A stretch of DNA of 64,000 bases, taken from positions 4,512-68,511 of the forward strand of contig JAJRWX010000020.1 of NCBI GenBank assembly GCA_024276605.1, written 5' to 3'. The translations under genes and the position numbers were made by a program. The DNA comes from Planctomycetota bacterium. GTDB taxonomy: Bacteria > Planctomycetota > Phycisphaerae > UBA1845. The notes beneath the pieces are model-generated. The model was given only the letters and a program-made list of their open reading frames with translations. It was not told where the DNA came from and ran no database searches. This document shows positions 30,328-40,500 of the stretch, in pieces. Every line of letters begins with the position of its first letter. The first letter of the stretch is position 1.

Positions 30328-30577
30328 AGACCAAGATCACCACCGGATTATGGCCATCGTATCGGTCATGGTAAGGAGTCATAATAAAGTCTCCACAGCG
30401 ACGAATGGGGCAGGATGCGTGCCTTGAAGCATTTTGCTTGGGTAATGATCCGATATAGCTATGAGACTAACTAAGATGGTATTGGCAAGACCGGTATCGT
30501 CCGATACGTTGCCATTTTGAATGAATCAAGGGTGAGAAGGACGGCTGTTGCGTCTTTCATGATGGAGGTGTAACCAA

Positions 30578-32818
30578 GTGCGGCAGGTGCTGCAACATTT
30601 ACGATCCGGTGAGATTCAAGTCGCGGATGTGCCAAGTCCGGCGATTCGTCCCGGTCATCTACTCATCCAGACGACGCGGAGCCTTATTTCTTCGGGTACG
30701 GAGCGGAGCTTGGTTGAATTCAGTCAGGCGAGCCTGCTGGGTAAAGCCCGCGCTCAACCGGAAAAGGTTCGTCAGGTACTCCAGAAAATCAAAACCGACG
30801 GCTTAATGCCTACGTTGGAAGTCGTATTCCAACGTCTCGATGAGCCTTTACCCCTTGGGTATTGTAATGCGGGTAAGGTAGTTGGTATCGGCGCAGGGGT
30901 TCGCGGATATCACGTTGGTGATCGCGTTGTATCGAACGGTGCCCATGCGGAAATGGTTTGCGTACCCACGACGCTAGCTGCCCATATTCCAGACGGTGTA
31001 AGTGATGAGGCCGCGAGCTTTACCGTATTAGGTGCGATTGGACTCCACGGTATCCGTCTGGCGGCACCTACCATGGGTGAGAAGTTCGCCGTCATCGGGT
31101 TAGGACTCGTCGGTTTACTAACCATGCAACTCCTTCGTCGACATGGTTGCCAGGTCATAGGCATCGATCCGAATCCGCAGCGATGCCAACTTGCCCAACA
31201 ATGGGGTTTTCAAGCGTTTAGCGCGGAGGATGGGCATCATGCCGTCGCGTCTGCCACCTCCTTTTCCGGCGGGCAAGGTGTGGATGGTGTGTTGATAACC
31301 GCCTCGGCCAAGACCAATGATATAATCCATCAAGCGGCTGGCATGTGTCGAAAACGAGGGCGTATTGTGCTGGTCGGCGTGGTCGGTCTTGATCTGCAGC
31401 GTAGTGATTTTTATGCCAAGGAACTGACATTTCAAGTATCCTGCTCCTACGGACCTGGCCGGTATGATGATGAGTATGAAGCGAAGGTGCGGGATTATCC
31501 ATTGCCCTATGTGCGTTGGACGGCTGCACGCAATTTTGCAGCGGTGTTAGAGAGTTTAGCTGATGGCGCGGTTGAGATCGAGCCGTTGATTTCTTCGCGT
31601 ATCGCACACAGTGAGGCAAGTAACGCGTATGAAAGAATTGTCAATGATCCATCTTCTCTGGGTGTGATGTTGACTTATCCAGCGCAGGCTGCGCCGGATG
31701 ACAAAAGTGTGCGCCTAACGCCGATCACATCCGTTGCGTCTTCACCAACCAAGCCCATAATTGGGGTGATTGGTGCCGGTCAATTTACGAAACTGGTGTT
31801 GCTACCGTCTATAAAAGCCGCCGGCGGACATATTGAAGCCATCGCCAGTTCCGGAGGTGTCTCAGCCGCTCATGCCGGTCGAAGTGTGGACGCAGCTATA
31901 GCCACTTCCGACGTCGATGAATTGCTCGATAATACAAGCATCAATACGGTCTTTATTGCCACTCGCCATAACACACACGCAGATCTCGTCTGTCGCGCAC
32001 TGTCGGCTGGAAAACACGTGTTCGTCGAAAAACCTCTAGCCATTGATGAATCGCAATTGCAGGCGGTTCGCCAGGCATGTCAGGCAAATCCTAACCAACA
32101 GTTAATGGTCGGTTTTAATCGGCGATTCGCGCCGCATACGCAGCGCGTTACTTCGCTATTAGCTTCTCGCGTGTCAGCGATTAACGTGATTATTACGGTC
32201 AACGCTGGTGCCATACCGCCTGACAGTTGGCATCACGACCCTGAGATTGGCGGCGGGAGAATCATTGGCGAAGGGTGCCACTTCATCGATTTACTGGTCC
32301 ACCTGATCGATCAGCCGATCACTTCCGTACATGCCCTAGCTATGCAGGGTATAGGTAATGATCTGACCGAGGACACCGTGAATATACAACTTCGCTTTGT
32401 GGATGGATCGATCGGCACCATTCACTACTTTTCAAATGGCCCGAAATCCTATCCGAAAGAACGCGTGGAAGTTTTCAGCGAGGGTCGTGGCCTTGTCATT
32501 GACAATTGGCGTTCGCTACGCGGATTTAATTGGTCCGGAGTCACGAAAATGCGTATGCGTCAGGATAAAGGCCATCGGGCTGAGGTAACAGCTTTCTTAC
32601 ATAGCGTACAACAAGGCGGCGCAGCACCTATCCCACTATCCCAGATCGACATGGTCACAGCCGCAAGTTTCGCCGTGAATGAATCACTAAGAACCCGGCA
32701 ACCAATAACGCTCGCTTACGATGAGCAGGAACCAGCACAGGATAATCCACCCATCACACCCGCTGCGAACACCGACAAGAATCTGGCACCACTCAACCAC
32801 CCCAGCGCACCAGCGTAA
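30578..32818 (+). CDS. Bi-domain oxidoreductase (zinc-type alcohol dehydrogenase N-half plus Gfo/Idh/MocA C-half)
   Basis: 746-aa ORF. MDR-type N-half (GYCNAGKVVGIG, VIGLGLVGLL) and a Rossmann GVIGAGQF with an EKPLA motif in the C-half. Confidence 0.8.
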   Translation: MRQVLQHLRSGEIQVADVPSPAIRPGHLLIQTTRSLISSGTERSLVEFSQASLLGKARAQPEKVRQVLQKIKTDGLMPTLEVVFQRLDEPLPLGYCNAGKVVGIGAGVRGYHVGDRVVSNGAHAEMVCVPTTLAAHIPDGVSDEAASFTVLGAIGLHGIRLAAPTMGEKFAVIGLGLVGLLTMQLLRRHGCQVIGIDPNPQRCQLAQQWGFQAFSAEDGHHAVASATSFSGGQGVDGVLITASAKTNDIIHQAAGMCRKRGRIVLVGVVGLDLQRSDFYAKELTFQVSCSYGPGRYDDEYEAKVRDYPLPYVRWTAARNFAAVLESLADGAVEIEPLISSRIAHSEASNAYERIVNDPSSLGVMLTYPAQAAPDDKSVRLTPITSVASSPTKPIIGVIGAGQFTKLVLLPSIKAAGGHIEAIASSGGVSAAHAGRSVDAAIATSDVDELLDNTSINTVFIATRHNTHADLVCRALSAGKHVFVEKPLAIDESQLQAVRQACQANPNQQLMVGFNRRFAPHTQRVTSLLASRVSAINVIITVNAGAIPPDSWHHDPEIGGGRIIGEGCHFIDLLVHLIDQPITSVHALAMQGIGNDLTEDTVNIQLRFVDGSIGTIHYFSNGPKSYPKERVEVFSEGRGLVIDNWRSLRGFNWSGVTKMRMRQDKGHRAEVTAFLHSVQQGGAAPIPLSQIDMVTAASFAVNESLRTRQPITLAYDEQEPAQDNPPITPAANTDKNLAPLNHPSAPA

Positions 32819-32891
32819 ACGTGATACACCTCAACTCTAAACGTATCGAGTCGTAATAATTAAAGTATGTGTCCCCCTAATACACCGGAAC

Positions 32892-33066
32892 CGTATACCC
32901 AATTCGAAATGATGTTTCAAACCGATGCTGCAGATGCACAACGGAATCGGGTATTGTCAGAGCACCACGGCGCGAGCCTGGTGACATATTACGCGGGGTG
33001 GACCGCAGGCTGGCGCCATGCGGCTCTGATTTACCGTCCGCAGGCTGGCGCCGTGCGGCTCTGATT
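32892..33066 (+). repeat. Copy A of a ~180-bp direct repeat
   Basis: Aligns by eye with 33246-33426. The last 110 nt (32957-33066 versus 33317-33426) differ at two positions. Confidence 0.85.
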
Positions 33067-33546
33067 TCTTGTCCGCAGGCTTGCGCCGTGCGGCTCTGAC
33101 TCGCAACCATCCCGTGGAGGTATCACCACTCCCGATAGGTACATGCGTCATCTAGCAGAAAAGAGCGCACCTTTTTCGCAATATTTTTTATTTCGCTTAC
33201 CAGAGGCGAAGAATCGTGGTTTACGGCGTTGACCGCACGCTAAAACGTATACCCAATTCGAAATAAATTATCAAATTGATGCTGCATATGCACAACGGAA
33301 TCGACGTTGGGTAATGTCAGAGCACCACGGCGCGAGCCTGGTGACATATTACGTGGGGTGGACCGCAGGCTGGCGCCATGCAGCTCTGATTTACCGTCCG
33401 CAGGCTGGCGCCGTGCGGCTCTGATTGGCAAAAAGACACCGCAGGCTTGCGGAGTGTTGTAATGTACCGGAAGACACCACAGGCTTGCGCCTTGTGGCTC
33501 GGATTGGTTGGAAGAACCCGCAGGCTTGCGCCTTGCGGCTCTGATT
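32957..33546. repeat. Cluster of ~29-nt hairpin units (consensus CCGCAGGCTKGCGCCKTGCGGCTCTGATT), REP/BIME-like
   Basis: Plus-orientation units lie at 33003-33031, 33038-33066, 33073-33099, 33363-33391, 33398-33426, 33477-33505 and 33518-33546, with a partial unit at 33439-33452. Inverted units lie at 32957-32983 and 33317-33343. Confidence 0.8.
33246..33426 (+). repeat. Copy B of a ~180-bp direct repeat
   Basis: See copy A. The 5' ~65 nt are more diverged and contain a 6-nt indel. Confidence 0.85.
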
Positions 33547-33569
33547 CTTTACGAAGAAGTCGCCTGTTA

Positions 33570-36155
33570 TTAGTTCTTGTTTGTCCCGTCTGGAGTGTCA
33601 CCATTAAGAGCAAGTTTGCTGCGCCACTCAATGGCAAGGGCGGCCTTGCCTTTGTTGGGTTCAGCTGTGTCCCAAGCTTCATAGAGTTTAACTATGTTTT
33701 CACCCGCTTGCCTGGTCCGGGGATGATCCTGACCGAAAGAGGTCTTCATGGTCGCGTAACCCGCTAGCAAAGGTGACTGAGCTTTATTGAATTCTTGTTG
33801 GTCGAATAGGGACATACCGAGACCTATCTGAAAGGCTGCGATAATCCAGTGCCCCTCAGGTAGAGCCGACTTACTACGCGCAACGAGGTCGGCGTAGATC
33901 GTAGCTGCTTGTGCGGATTTTCCTTGTGTTCTCAATAGTCCGGCTAAGTTGCTGGTTGCACCAAGTGTGTTTGGGTGATTCTCACCGAGAACGCGGCGGG
34001 CCACACGCGCCGCTTCTCGATAAAGCGGCTCGGCCTCGCTCAGCTTATGTTGTTTTTTCAGGACGAACGCAAGATTGTTCGTTGCGGCTATTGTGTTAGG
34101 GTGATCGGTACCCAAGGTTGAAAGGTTTACTTCATAAGCCTCTCGAAAAAGTTTTTCCGCCTCTACAAATTTACCGCGATCCCGCAGCAAGGTCGCAAGA
34201 TTGTTGATACTCTCGATGGTTAGCGCATGCGTTGTACCGAACACTTCAATGCGACCTTGCAATGCCTCGCGAAGAAAGGGTTCGGCTTGATCCAGTTTAT
34301 TCAACGCTAGCAAGACATCACCAAGGTTATTGAGCGTATCCAATAGGTCGAGATGATTGGACCTAAGTGATTCACGCTGCGCTGCCAGAACTCGGCGAAG
34401 CGGTTGCTCAGCCTGGGCAGGTTTTCCCGCGGCACGTTGCAAGGCTGCCAAGCCGGTAAGCCATGACCATGCCGTAGGATCATGCAGGCCGCGCTGGCTC
34501 GCGTAGACATCTAAACCTAAGCGGTACAATTGTTCGGCCTCATCATACATGCCTCGATATTGCAGCAAGGTGGCCAGCCCGTGCATAGTAGCGAGTGTTG
34601 TATCATCCTCCGGGCCGAGGACTCGTCGACACAATTGGAGACAGTCGCGGTAGATGCGCTCCGCCTCGTCCCAGTCTCCTTGATCGGTTAATACACCTCC
34701 GAGGCTGCGCATGACATTCAACGTTGTCTCATGTTCGTCTCCCCAGACTTCCCGCGCGATCTGCAACGCCTTACTGACATGCTCGTGTGCCTCATCAAAG
34801 AGACCTAAGCCACGATAAGTTGCACCGATGGTGTCATGGAGCGTCACTTGAATTTTCGGTTGATCGGTAAAAGACGCATCAATTTGCCTGGTTGCACTAT
34901 CCAAAAGATCAACCACACGCACGTCTCGACCCTGCAGATTCGGATCGGCTGAACTAATCATGTGTACGAGAAACTCGTTGACCGCCTCGGCTTTCTCTGC
35001 TTCAGTTCGGGCTATGTCACGTTCTTGACGTATACGCACTGCCTGATAGGTGGCGGTAACTGCAAACGCGCAGACCAGGAAAAACACTGTTGAAAAGAGA
35101 GCGACGGGAAGTCGATGACGCCTCACCATTTTGCGAAACTGATATAGTGTACTGGGTGGATGCGCAACGATCGGCTCACCATGCAGGTATCGACGAAGGT
35201 CTTCACCGAACCCGTCGATAGTTTGATAGCGCCTTTCCTTATCCTTGCTAAGTGCTTTAAGGACGATGGATTCCATCTCTCGATCAACGGCGGGTGCAAT
35301 CGTAGACGGTCTAACCGGTTCCGCCTCTTCAATGTTGCGGAGCACATCCGGCAGGTCGCCATCTACATCGTACGGCAACCGGCCTGTCAGTGCCTTGTAC
35401 AACACGATGCCCAGTGAATACACATCCGTTCGAACATCGATCGCGCCCGATCTACCACGCAAGTGTTCAGGCGCAGCGAAAGCGGGTGTACCAACGAATT
35501 GTTCGGTCAACGTAATCGAAGGTTGCGCGGAGGTGGGATTGATGGAGCGTGCCAGCCCGAAGTCGAGTACGTGCGGTGCGCCGGCGGCGTCCACGAGAAT
35601 ATTAGACGGCTTGATATCGCGGTGAATAATCCCGTGTTGATGCGCATGACGAATCGCATCACAAATAACAGCCACCAACTCCGCGATCTGACGCGGTGAG
35701 CGGCGGCCCGCGCCTTGACCCGACGCCCATTCATCAAATGGGACACCGTCAATCCACTCCATAGCCAATAACGGCTGACCGTCTACGATTTCGATTCCGA
35801 AGACGGTTACAATGTTGGGGTGGTTGAGTCCCGCAGCTAACTCCACTTCCCGTTCGAAACGTCGGCGCATGGCTGCGGTAGCGAAAGACCCGGCTAACAT
35901 ACGCTTGATCGCGATCTCTCGTTTGGTGCCCGGCTGCCGCGCACGGTAGACGATACCCTGACCGCCACGGCTAACTTCCTCGATCAGCTCATAGGATCCA
36001 ATGCAACCCAAGGCCAACGGAGTCTCCGCCTCGCGCACGCGGTCCATCCAATCGTCGGTCGCAGTATCCAGACCAAACGAATCCGGAGGAGTACATGACT
36101 TACTCGGCGGTGACTTCCCCATTGTCCTCGTCCTCTTCTTCGATCTGCCCGGCAA
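33570..36155 (-). CDS. Ser/Thr protein kinase with one TM segment and a C-terminal TPR array
   Basis: 861-aa ORF with kinase motifs GGQGIVYRA, AIKR, HRDIKPSNILV, DFGLA and APE. A hydrophobic segment (LFSTVFFLVCAFAVTA) is followed by many TPR-like repeats. Confidence 0.9.
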   Translation of the reverse strand: MPGRSKKRTRTMGKSPPSKSCTPPDSFGLDTATDDWMDRVREAETPLALGCIGSYELIEEVSRGGQGIVYRARQPGTKREIAIKRMLAGSFATAAMRRRFEREVELAAGLNHPNIVTVFGIEIVDGQPLLAMEWIDGVPFDEWASGQGAGRRSPRQIAELVAVICDAIRHAHQHGIIHRDIKPSNILVDAAGAPHVLDFGLARSINPTSAQPSITLTEQFVGTPAFAAPEHLRGRSGAIDVRTDVYSLGIVLYKALTGRLPYDVDGDLPDVLRNIEEAEPVRPSTIAPAVDREMESIVLKALSKDKERRYQTIDGFGEDLRRYLHGEPIVAHPPSTLYQFRKMVRRHRLPVALFSTVFFLVCAFAVTATYQAVRIRQERDIARTEAEKAEAVNEFLVHMISSADPNLQGRDVRVVDLLDSATRQIDASFTDQPKIQVTLHDTIGATYRGLGLFDEAHEHVSKALQIAREVWGDEHETTLNVMRSLGGVLTDQGDWDEAERIYRDCLQLCRRVLGPEDDTTLATMHGLATLLQYRGMYDEAEQLYRLGLDVYASQRGLHDPTAWSWLTGLAALQRAAGKPAQAEQPLRRVLAAQRESLRSNHLDLLDTLNNLGDVLLALNKLDQAEPFLREALQGRIEVFGTTHALTIESINNLATLLRDRGKFVEAEKLFREAYEVNLSTLGTDHPNTIAATNNLAFVLKKQHKLSEAEPLYREAARVARRVLGENHPNTLGATSNLAGLLRTQGKSAQAATIYADLVARSKSALPEGHWIIAAFQIGLGMSLFDQQEFNKAQSPLLAGYATMKTSFGQDHPRTRQAGENIVKLYEAWDTAEPNKGKAALAIEWRSKLALNGDTPDGTNKN

Positions 36156-36732
36156 TAAGCTCCTTTAACCGATTGCGAATCCGTTGCTTGATCTTGTGTA
36201 CCGCCTGCTCGGTCAGGTCGTAATCGACCGCGACTGTCTTGACCGGGTCACCAGTCAACAATCGGTCGAATATATCAATGCTGCGGGCCTCGAACGTCGT
36301 ACGCACATGCTGCATGGCAAGTCGGTAGTGATGCCTCATCCACTCCTGCTCCCACAATTCGTCTACCTCACCATCGCTACCACCGGCAACCGTAGCCAGT
36401 ACACCACTATCTAGCGCCACACTACGACGTTCTGGACGGGAAAAATGTCGAGAAATCGCACTTCTTACGACTTGCCCCAGGTATCCACGAAATCGACCAC
36501 GTTCGGGTCGGTACTCAAAGGCACGCAAACTCTTGGCAAGGTTGGTCATGGCAATTTGCCGTACATCCTCAGCATCTGCCGCTTGAATACTTCGCGCCCG
36601 ACAATAACGGATGATTAACTCCCGATACTTGGCATCGAATTCACGCCAGGCTGCTTGGTTGGCAGGGTCACGAACCCGCGAAAGCAGAGATGGTTGAGTA
36701 GTATCATGCCCCATATTAAACGCTCTAATCAC
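36100..36732 (-). CDS. ECF-type RNA polymerase sigma factor
   Basis: 210-aa ORF with sigma-70 region 2-like (AWREFDAKYRELIIRYC, DAEDVRQ) and region 4-like (YDLTEQAVHKIKQRIRNRLKE) segments. It overlaps the kinase ORF. Confidence 0.85.
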   Translation of the reverse strand: MIRAFNMGHDTTQPSLLSRVRDPANQAAWREFDAKYRELIIRYCRARSIQAADAEDVRQIAMTNLAKSLRAFEYRPERGRFRGYLGQVVRSAISRHFSRPERRSVALDSGVLATVAGGSDGEVDELWEQEWMRHHYRLAMQHVRTTFEARSIDIFDRLLTGDPVKTVAVDYDLTEQAVHKIKQRIRNRLKELIAGQIEEEDEDNGEVTAE

Positions 36733-36794
36733 CCCCTGAGTCGCGGTAGTGATTGAGAAACACCGTATCGGGCCTGCCCAAGCAAGCGGCTACA

Positions 36795-36821
36795 TACGTG
36801 TAGTGAAACATGCAGGTTTCA
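36795..36821 (-). promoter_or_regulatory. Candidate ECF-type promoter (TGAAAC-N17-CGTA) upstream of the sigma factor gene
   Basis: The minus strand reads TGAAACCTGCATGTTTCACTACACGTA about 60 nt upstream of the ATG at 36732. The -35-like hexamer is also half of the palindrome TGAAAC-N6-GTTTCA (36804-36821). Confidence 0.25.
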
Positions 36822-37178
36822 TTCCGCTTATGCCAAGCGGTTCACATTCTACGGAAAATAACTTAAAGGAGCTATCCCAATGCGACTACACGATAGCTAT
36901 ATAAGTTAGCGGCGCGATAGGCAACCATAATGTTGGCTAATGCGTAGGTCGAAGAACCACACTCGTTGACCAATCCTTAGTGGCTCACCCCCCATCGCTT
37001 TGTTTACCTTGCACTAAACCTTCCACGTACGCGCGTCATGACGGTCATGGCTAGTCTTCTGCTGCCAAATCGGACGGTGAATTGGGGGAATGGGTAACGT
37101 GTATTGGGATCGTTGTAACTAGCGCCCCAGTCAAGCGTTAGACGCTGATGTCACTAGTAGATCACAACGGTCAGACGA

Positions 37179-37225
37179 AGCGGGTGATGGGATTCGAACC
37201 CACGACATTCACGTTGGCAACGTGA
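37179..37225 (-). tRNA. 3' fragment of tRNA-Gly(GCC), positions 27-73 only; not a complete gene
   Basis: The minus strand reads TCACG-TTGCCAA-CGTGA (anticodon arm, GCC), ATGTC (variable loop), GTGGG-TTCGAAT-CCCAT (T arm), CACCCGC (acceptor 3' strand) and T (discriminator). No matching 5' acceptor strand GCGGGTG or D arm occurs upstream. Confidence 0.6.
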
Positions 37226-37568
37226 CGGCAGTGGGTCTTAAGGTAATAAGTAGCAAAGAGTTACGACATCAAGCAAATCACCTTGCAGTTTTCTTTCGCC
37301 CCCTTTGGTAGAAGAAACTGCGCAACGAAGGCGAACGGTGAACTTGATGAATAAATCTGAAACCAATACTTGTTGTCTTTGAGATGAGGCCTGTTGTCGA
37401 GTGCGACTTATATTGACTATGACGAGTTGTTATGGATCCTACCGTTTACACGTGACGACTGGGTGAATGAATAGTTACGTTGTCCCAGAATCGCTAACAC
37501 ATACATCAGTAGCTTAGATGAAATCATCTTCGGCAAACGATCATTGACCACACGAGTAATGTTGTGGA

Positions 37569-40500
37569 TCACCGGCAGCCGAGCTTGGCTATGTTGGATG
37601 ATGGAATGCCATTTGCTTTGTCAAACGCACCACCGGTGAATAGTGCTGGGCCATTTACGCCGTCATCGAAAACAGCCAGCGCTTGCACAGCTACCATTCC
37701 TGTACCCGTCACGCCGCCGCCCGGATCATTGCCCGGTCGACCGGAGAGGCCAACAGGTATCCATGTGCTACCAGTCCACTTGGCAAGATGGTTGACTGAA
37801 ACGCCTCCAGTAGTCATAGTGAAATCACCACCGGCGTAGAGTCTCAATCCTTGGCCAACACCGAATGCCATTAGTGTGTCCACACGATTTGCCCCCAACC
37901 CGTTATCCATCCCAGACCAGTTACCGGCATTATCCAATTTAGCAATCCTGTTGACCGACATTGTGCCAATCGTGAGGAAGTCACCACCTACATAGAGTGC
38001 AGAACCAGAGCCGTCATCGAAGACATACAGGGCATGGACTGATCCATTGATGATACCCCCGACGGCTGACCATGCGGAACCATCCCAACGGGCGAGATTG
38101 GCGGTACCGGGGACGTTGCCTGCATCGGTAAAATCGCCACCAACATAAAGCTTAGGGCCGCTGCCATCATCAAAGACGTCCATCGCAAACACTGATCCCC
38201 CATTGACACCACCTCCGATTGTCGTCCATACTGCCCCGTCCCACATCTTGATTCCGCCAGGGAACACACCACCCGCATAGAGAGCCGAACCATTGGCACC
38301 GTCATTGAAGACCGCCAACGACTCAACGATGCCGCCGACGGAGCCGACTGCACTCCAATTGGTTCCGTCCCATCGGGCTACGTTATTGGCGGTTGAGTTG
38401 CCAGCCTTCACGAAATCACCGCCAGCAAACAGTAGCGGCGGGTTCGGCTCTGCGCCATCCTCATCGAAGTTGGCTAATGCATTGACTGACGCCACGCATT
38501 GAATCCCAGTGCAGTCCATGCCACTGCCCAACGACGACCATGTTACACCGTCAAACCTTGCGACGGCGCTACTAGGGAAATTCGACTCATTGCTATCGCA
38601 CGGGCCTTTCGACGGTATGAATGAACCACCGGCATACAGGGCGGTGCCTGACCCGTCGTCGTGTACAACTAGCGCCTTTACTTCGTCGTTTAAGCCGTTA
38701 CTTAGTACCGACCATTCCGGGGCATCCCACTTAGCTACATAGCCCTGCTCGTTGAGTACACCCCCACCACCCGCAGCATCGCAGTCAGCACCATCGCCTA
38801 CTTTGCCACCAACATAGAGGGCCGCACCGTTGCCATCGTCGAATACGGTCAGCGCAGTACCAGTGGATTCGATGCCATTGCCCATCGAAGACCAAGCAGT
38901 GCCGTTCCATTGGGCAACCCGTCTTAAATTGGCTCCGCTACCTATGTTGACATCTGAGAATTGACCGCTCGCGTAAAGAATTCTACTAACGCCGTCGTCA
39001 AGACCGGCCAGAGCTAGTACCTCACCGTCGAGAGAGTTACCCAATGCCGACCATACGGCACCATCCCATCGTGCCATATTTCGTAGGATTACACTGGAGT
39101 CAATTGAGTTCTTCGGGTCGCTGAAGGTGCCGCCGGCGTACAACGCCGTGCCGATGCCGGAACCATCATCAAAAACAACTAATGAAGTAACTTTCCTACC
39201 AGCACCACCAAGACCATCATAACCGACGCGGCTAATCGTCGTACCATCCCACTTGGCTATGCTTACAAAATCGGGATTACTATCTACAAAGAAATCGCCA
39301 CCGATATAGAGCTGAGATGAGCTAGTGCCATCGTTGAACACAGCCAAATCGAGCACTATGCCATTATCAATTCCGATCCCTACCCCAATAGCCGACCATG
39401 TGCCTGTCGCGGGGTTCCACTTGGCTAAACGATTGGCGGGTGTGCCGTCACCAGTCTGGAAGAAGTCACCACCCACAAAAAGTGCGGGCGGGTTAGGGCC
39501 ATTGCCATCGTCGTCGTATGCAGCCACGGCATAAGGCGTGTTTGCGATGCCAATGCCAAAACCCATCCAGTCGCGTCCATTCCATTTGGCCACTCTGTTT
39601 ACGCTCGTGCCGCCAGCAGTTTGGAACGCGCCGACGGCGTAAAGCGCTTCACCTAATCCATCGTTCAAGTCGATGACAGCCAAGTCGAACACATTGTCAT
39701 TCACACCGTCAACACTGGTTGTGCTATCCACCAACGCATGCCATCGCTGGCCGTCCCACTTGGCGATGTTGTTAGCCGGTGTGCCACCTGCGGAGGAGAA
39801 ATTGCCAGCCACAAAGAGTGCGGGCGGGTTAGGGCCAGTGCCATCATCATCAAAGACAGCCATCGCGAAGATGTCAAAGCCCTCGAACGTGGTCGGGCCA
39901 AAGGCTGTAGCCCAGGGCTCGTCACAAGTATTATCAATCGTAATAATCCCCACGTCGGTGATGCCGTCAGGTACGGGTTCCGCGAGTGCGGATATACCAG
40001 ATTCGGTTTTGCCAGTTACAGTGATTGTCGCATCCGCAAATATTTCCGGCGTCGTGCTAAGCGGCAAGTTTACTCCGACGGCGAAGTAGCCGGTCGCATC
40101 GCTAGTCCCCGTCCCAATGGGTTGTGACGGTGGTTCGCCGTTAGGCCCGGTAGTAGGTATTTGTACCGTGATCGATGCGTTGTCGACCGGCTCACTTTTC
40201 GTGTTACGCACAAAACCCTCGACAGTGGTAGAGATCAGGTCACCGGGATAGGCAACCGTTACTTTGACGACGGATGTCGCGCCTTTGTCAGTAGCGGTAA
40301 TAAATGCATCGCCGGGGGAAATGCCGATCACGTTGATGGTGTTCGCCAGCGTTAGATCAGGATCATCGCCTACGATGCGGGCTATGTTTGCGTTACTTGA
40401 ACGGTACGTCGTCCAGGGTGACGGTAGCGTTACCTCCTGCGGTGCACTACCTGCAAAGGTAGCCAATATCATTAGCGCTCTGCGATCACCGGCGGTGAAG

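Noticed and set aside
32957-33546. Possible CRISPR array, suggested by regularly recurring ~29-nt repeats
   Set aside because: Linkers within the tandem runs are only about 6 nt, and longer gaps are irregular. The repeats are degenerate and occur in both orientations. No cas genes are in the window. A REP/BIME-like interpretation fits better.
32867-33767. Small ORFs of 63-121 aa on both strands across the repeat cluster (e.g. 33317..33682, 32877..33110)
   Set aside because: Their sequences are simply translations of the repeated hairpin units (recurring ...PHGASLR..., ...RAARRQPADGKSE...), so they are artefacts of the repeats.
37179-37270. A complete tRNA-Gly gene
   Set aside because: Only positions 27-73 fold canonically. 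The upstream 26+ nt contain neither the complementary acceptor strand (GCGGGTG) nor a D arm. It is called a fragment.
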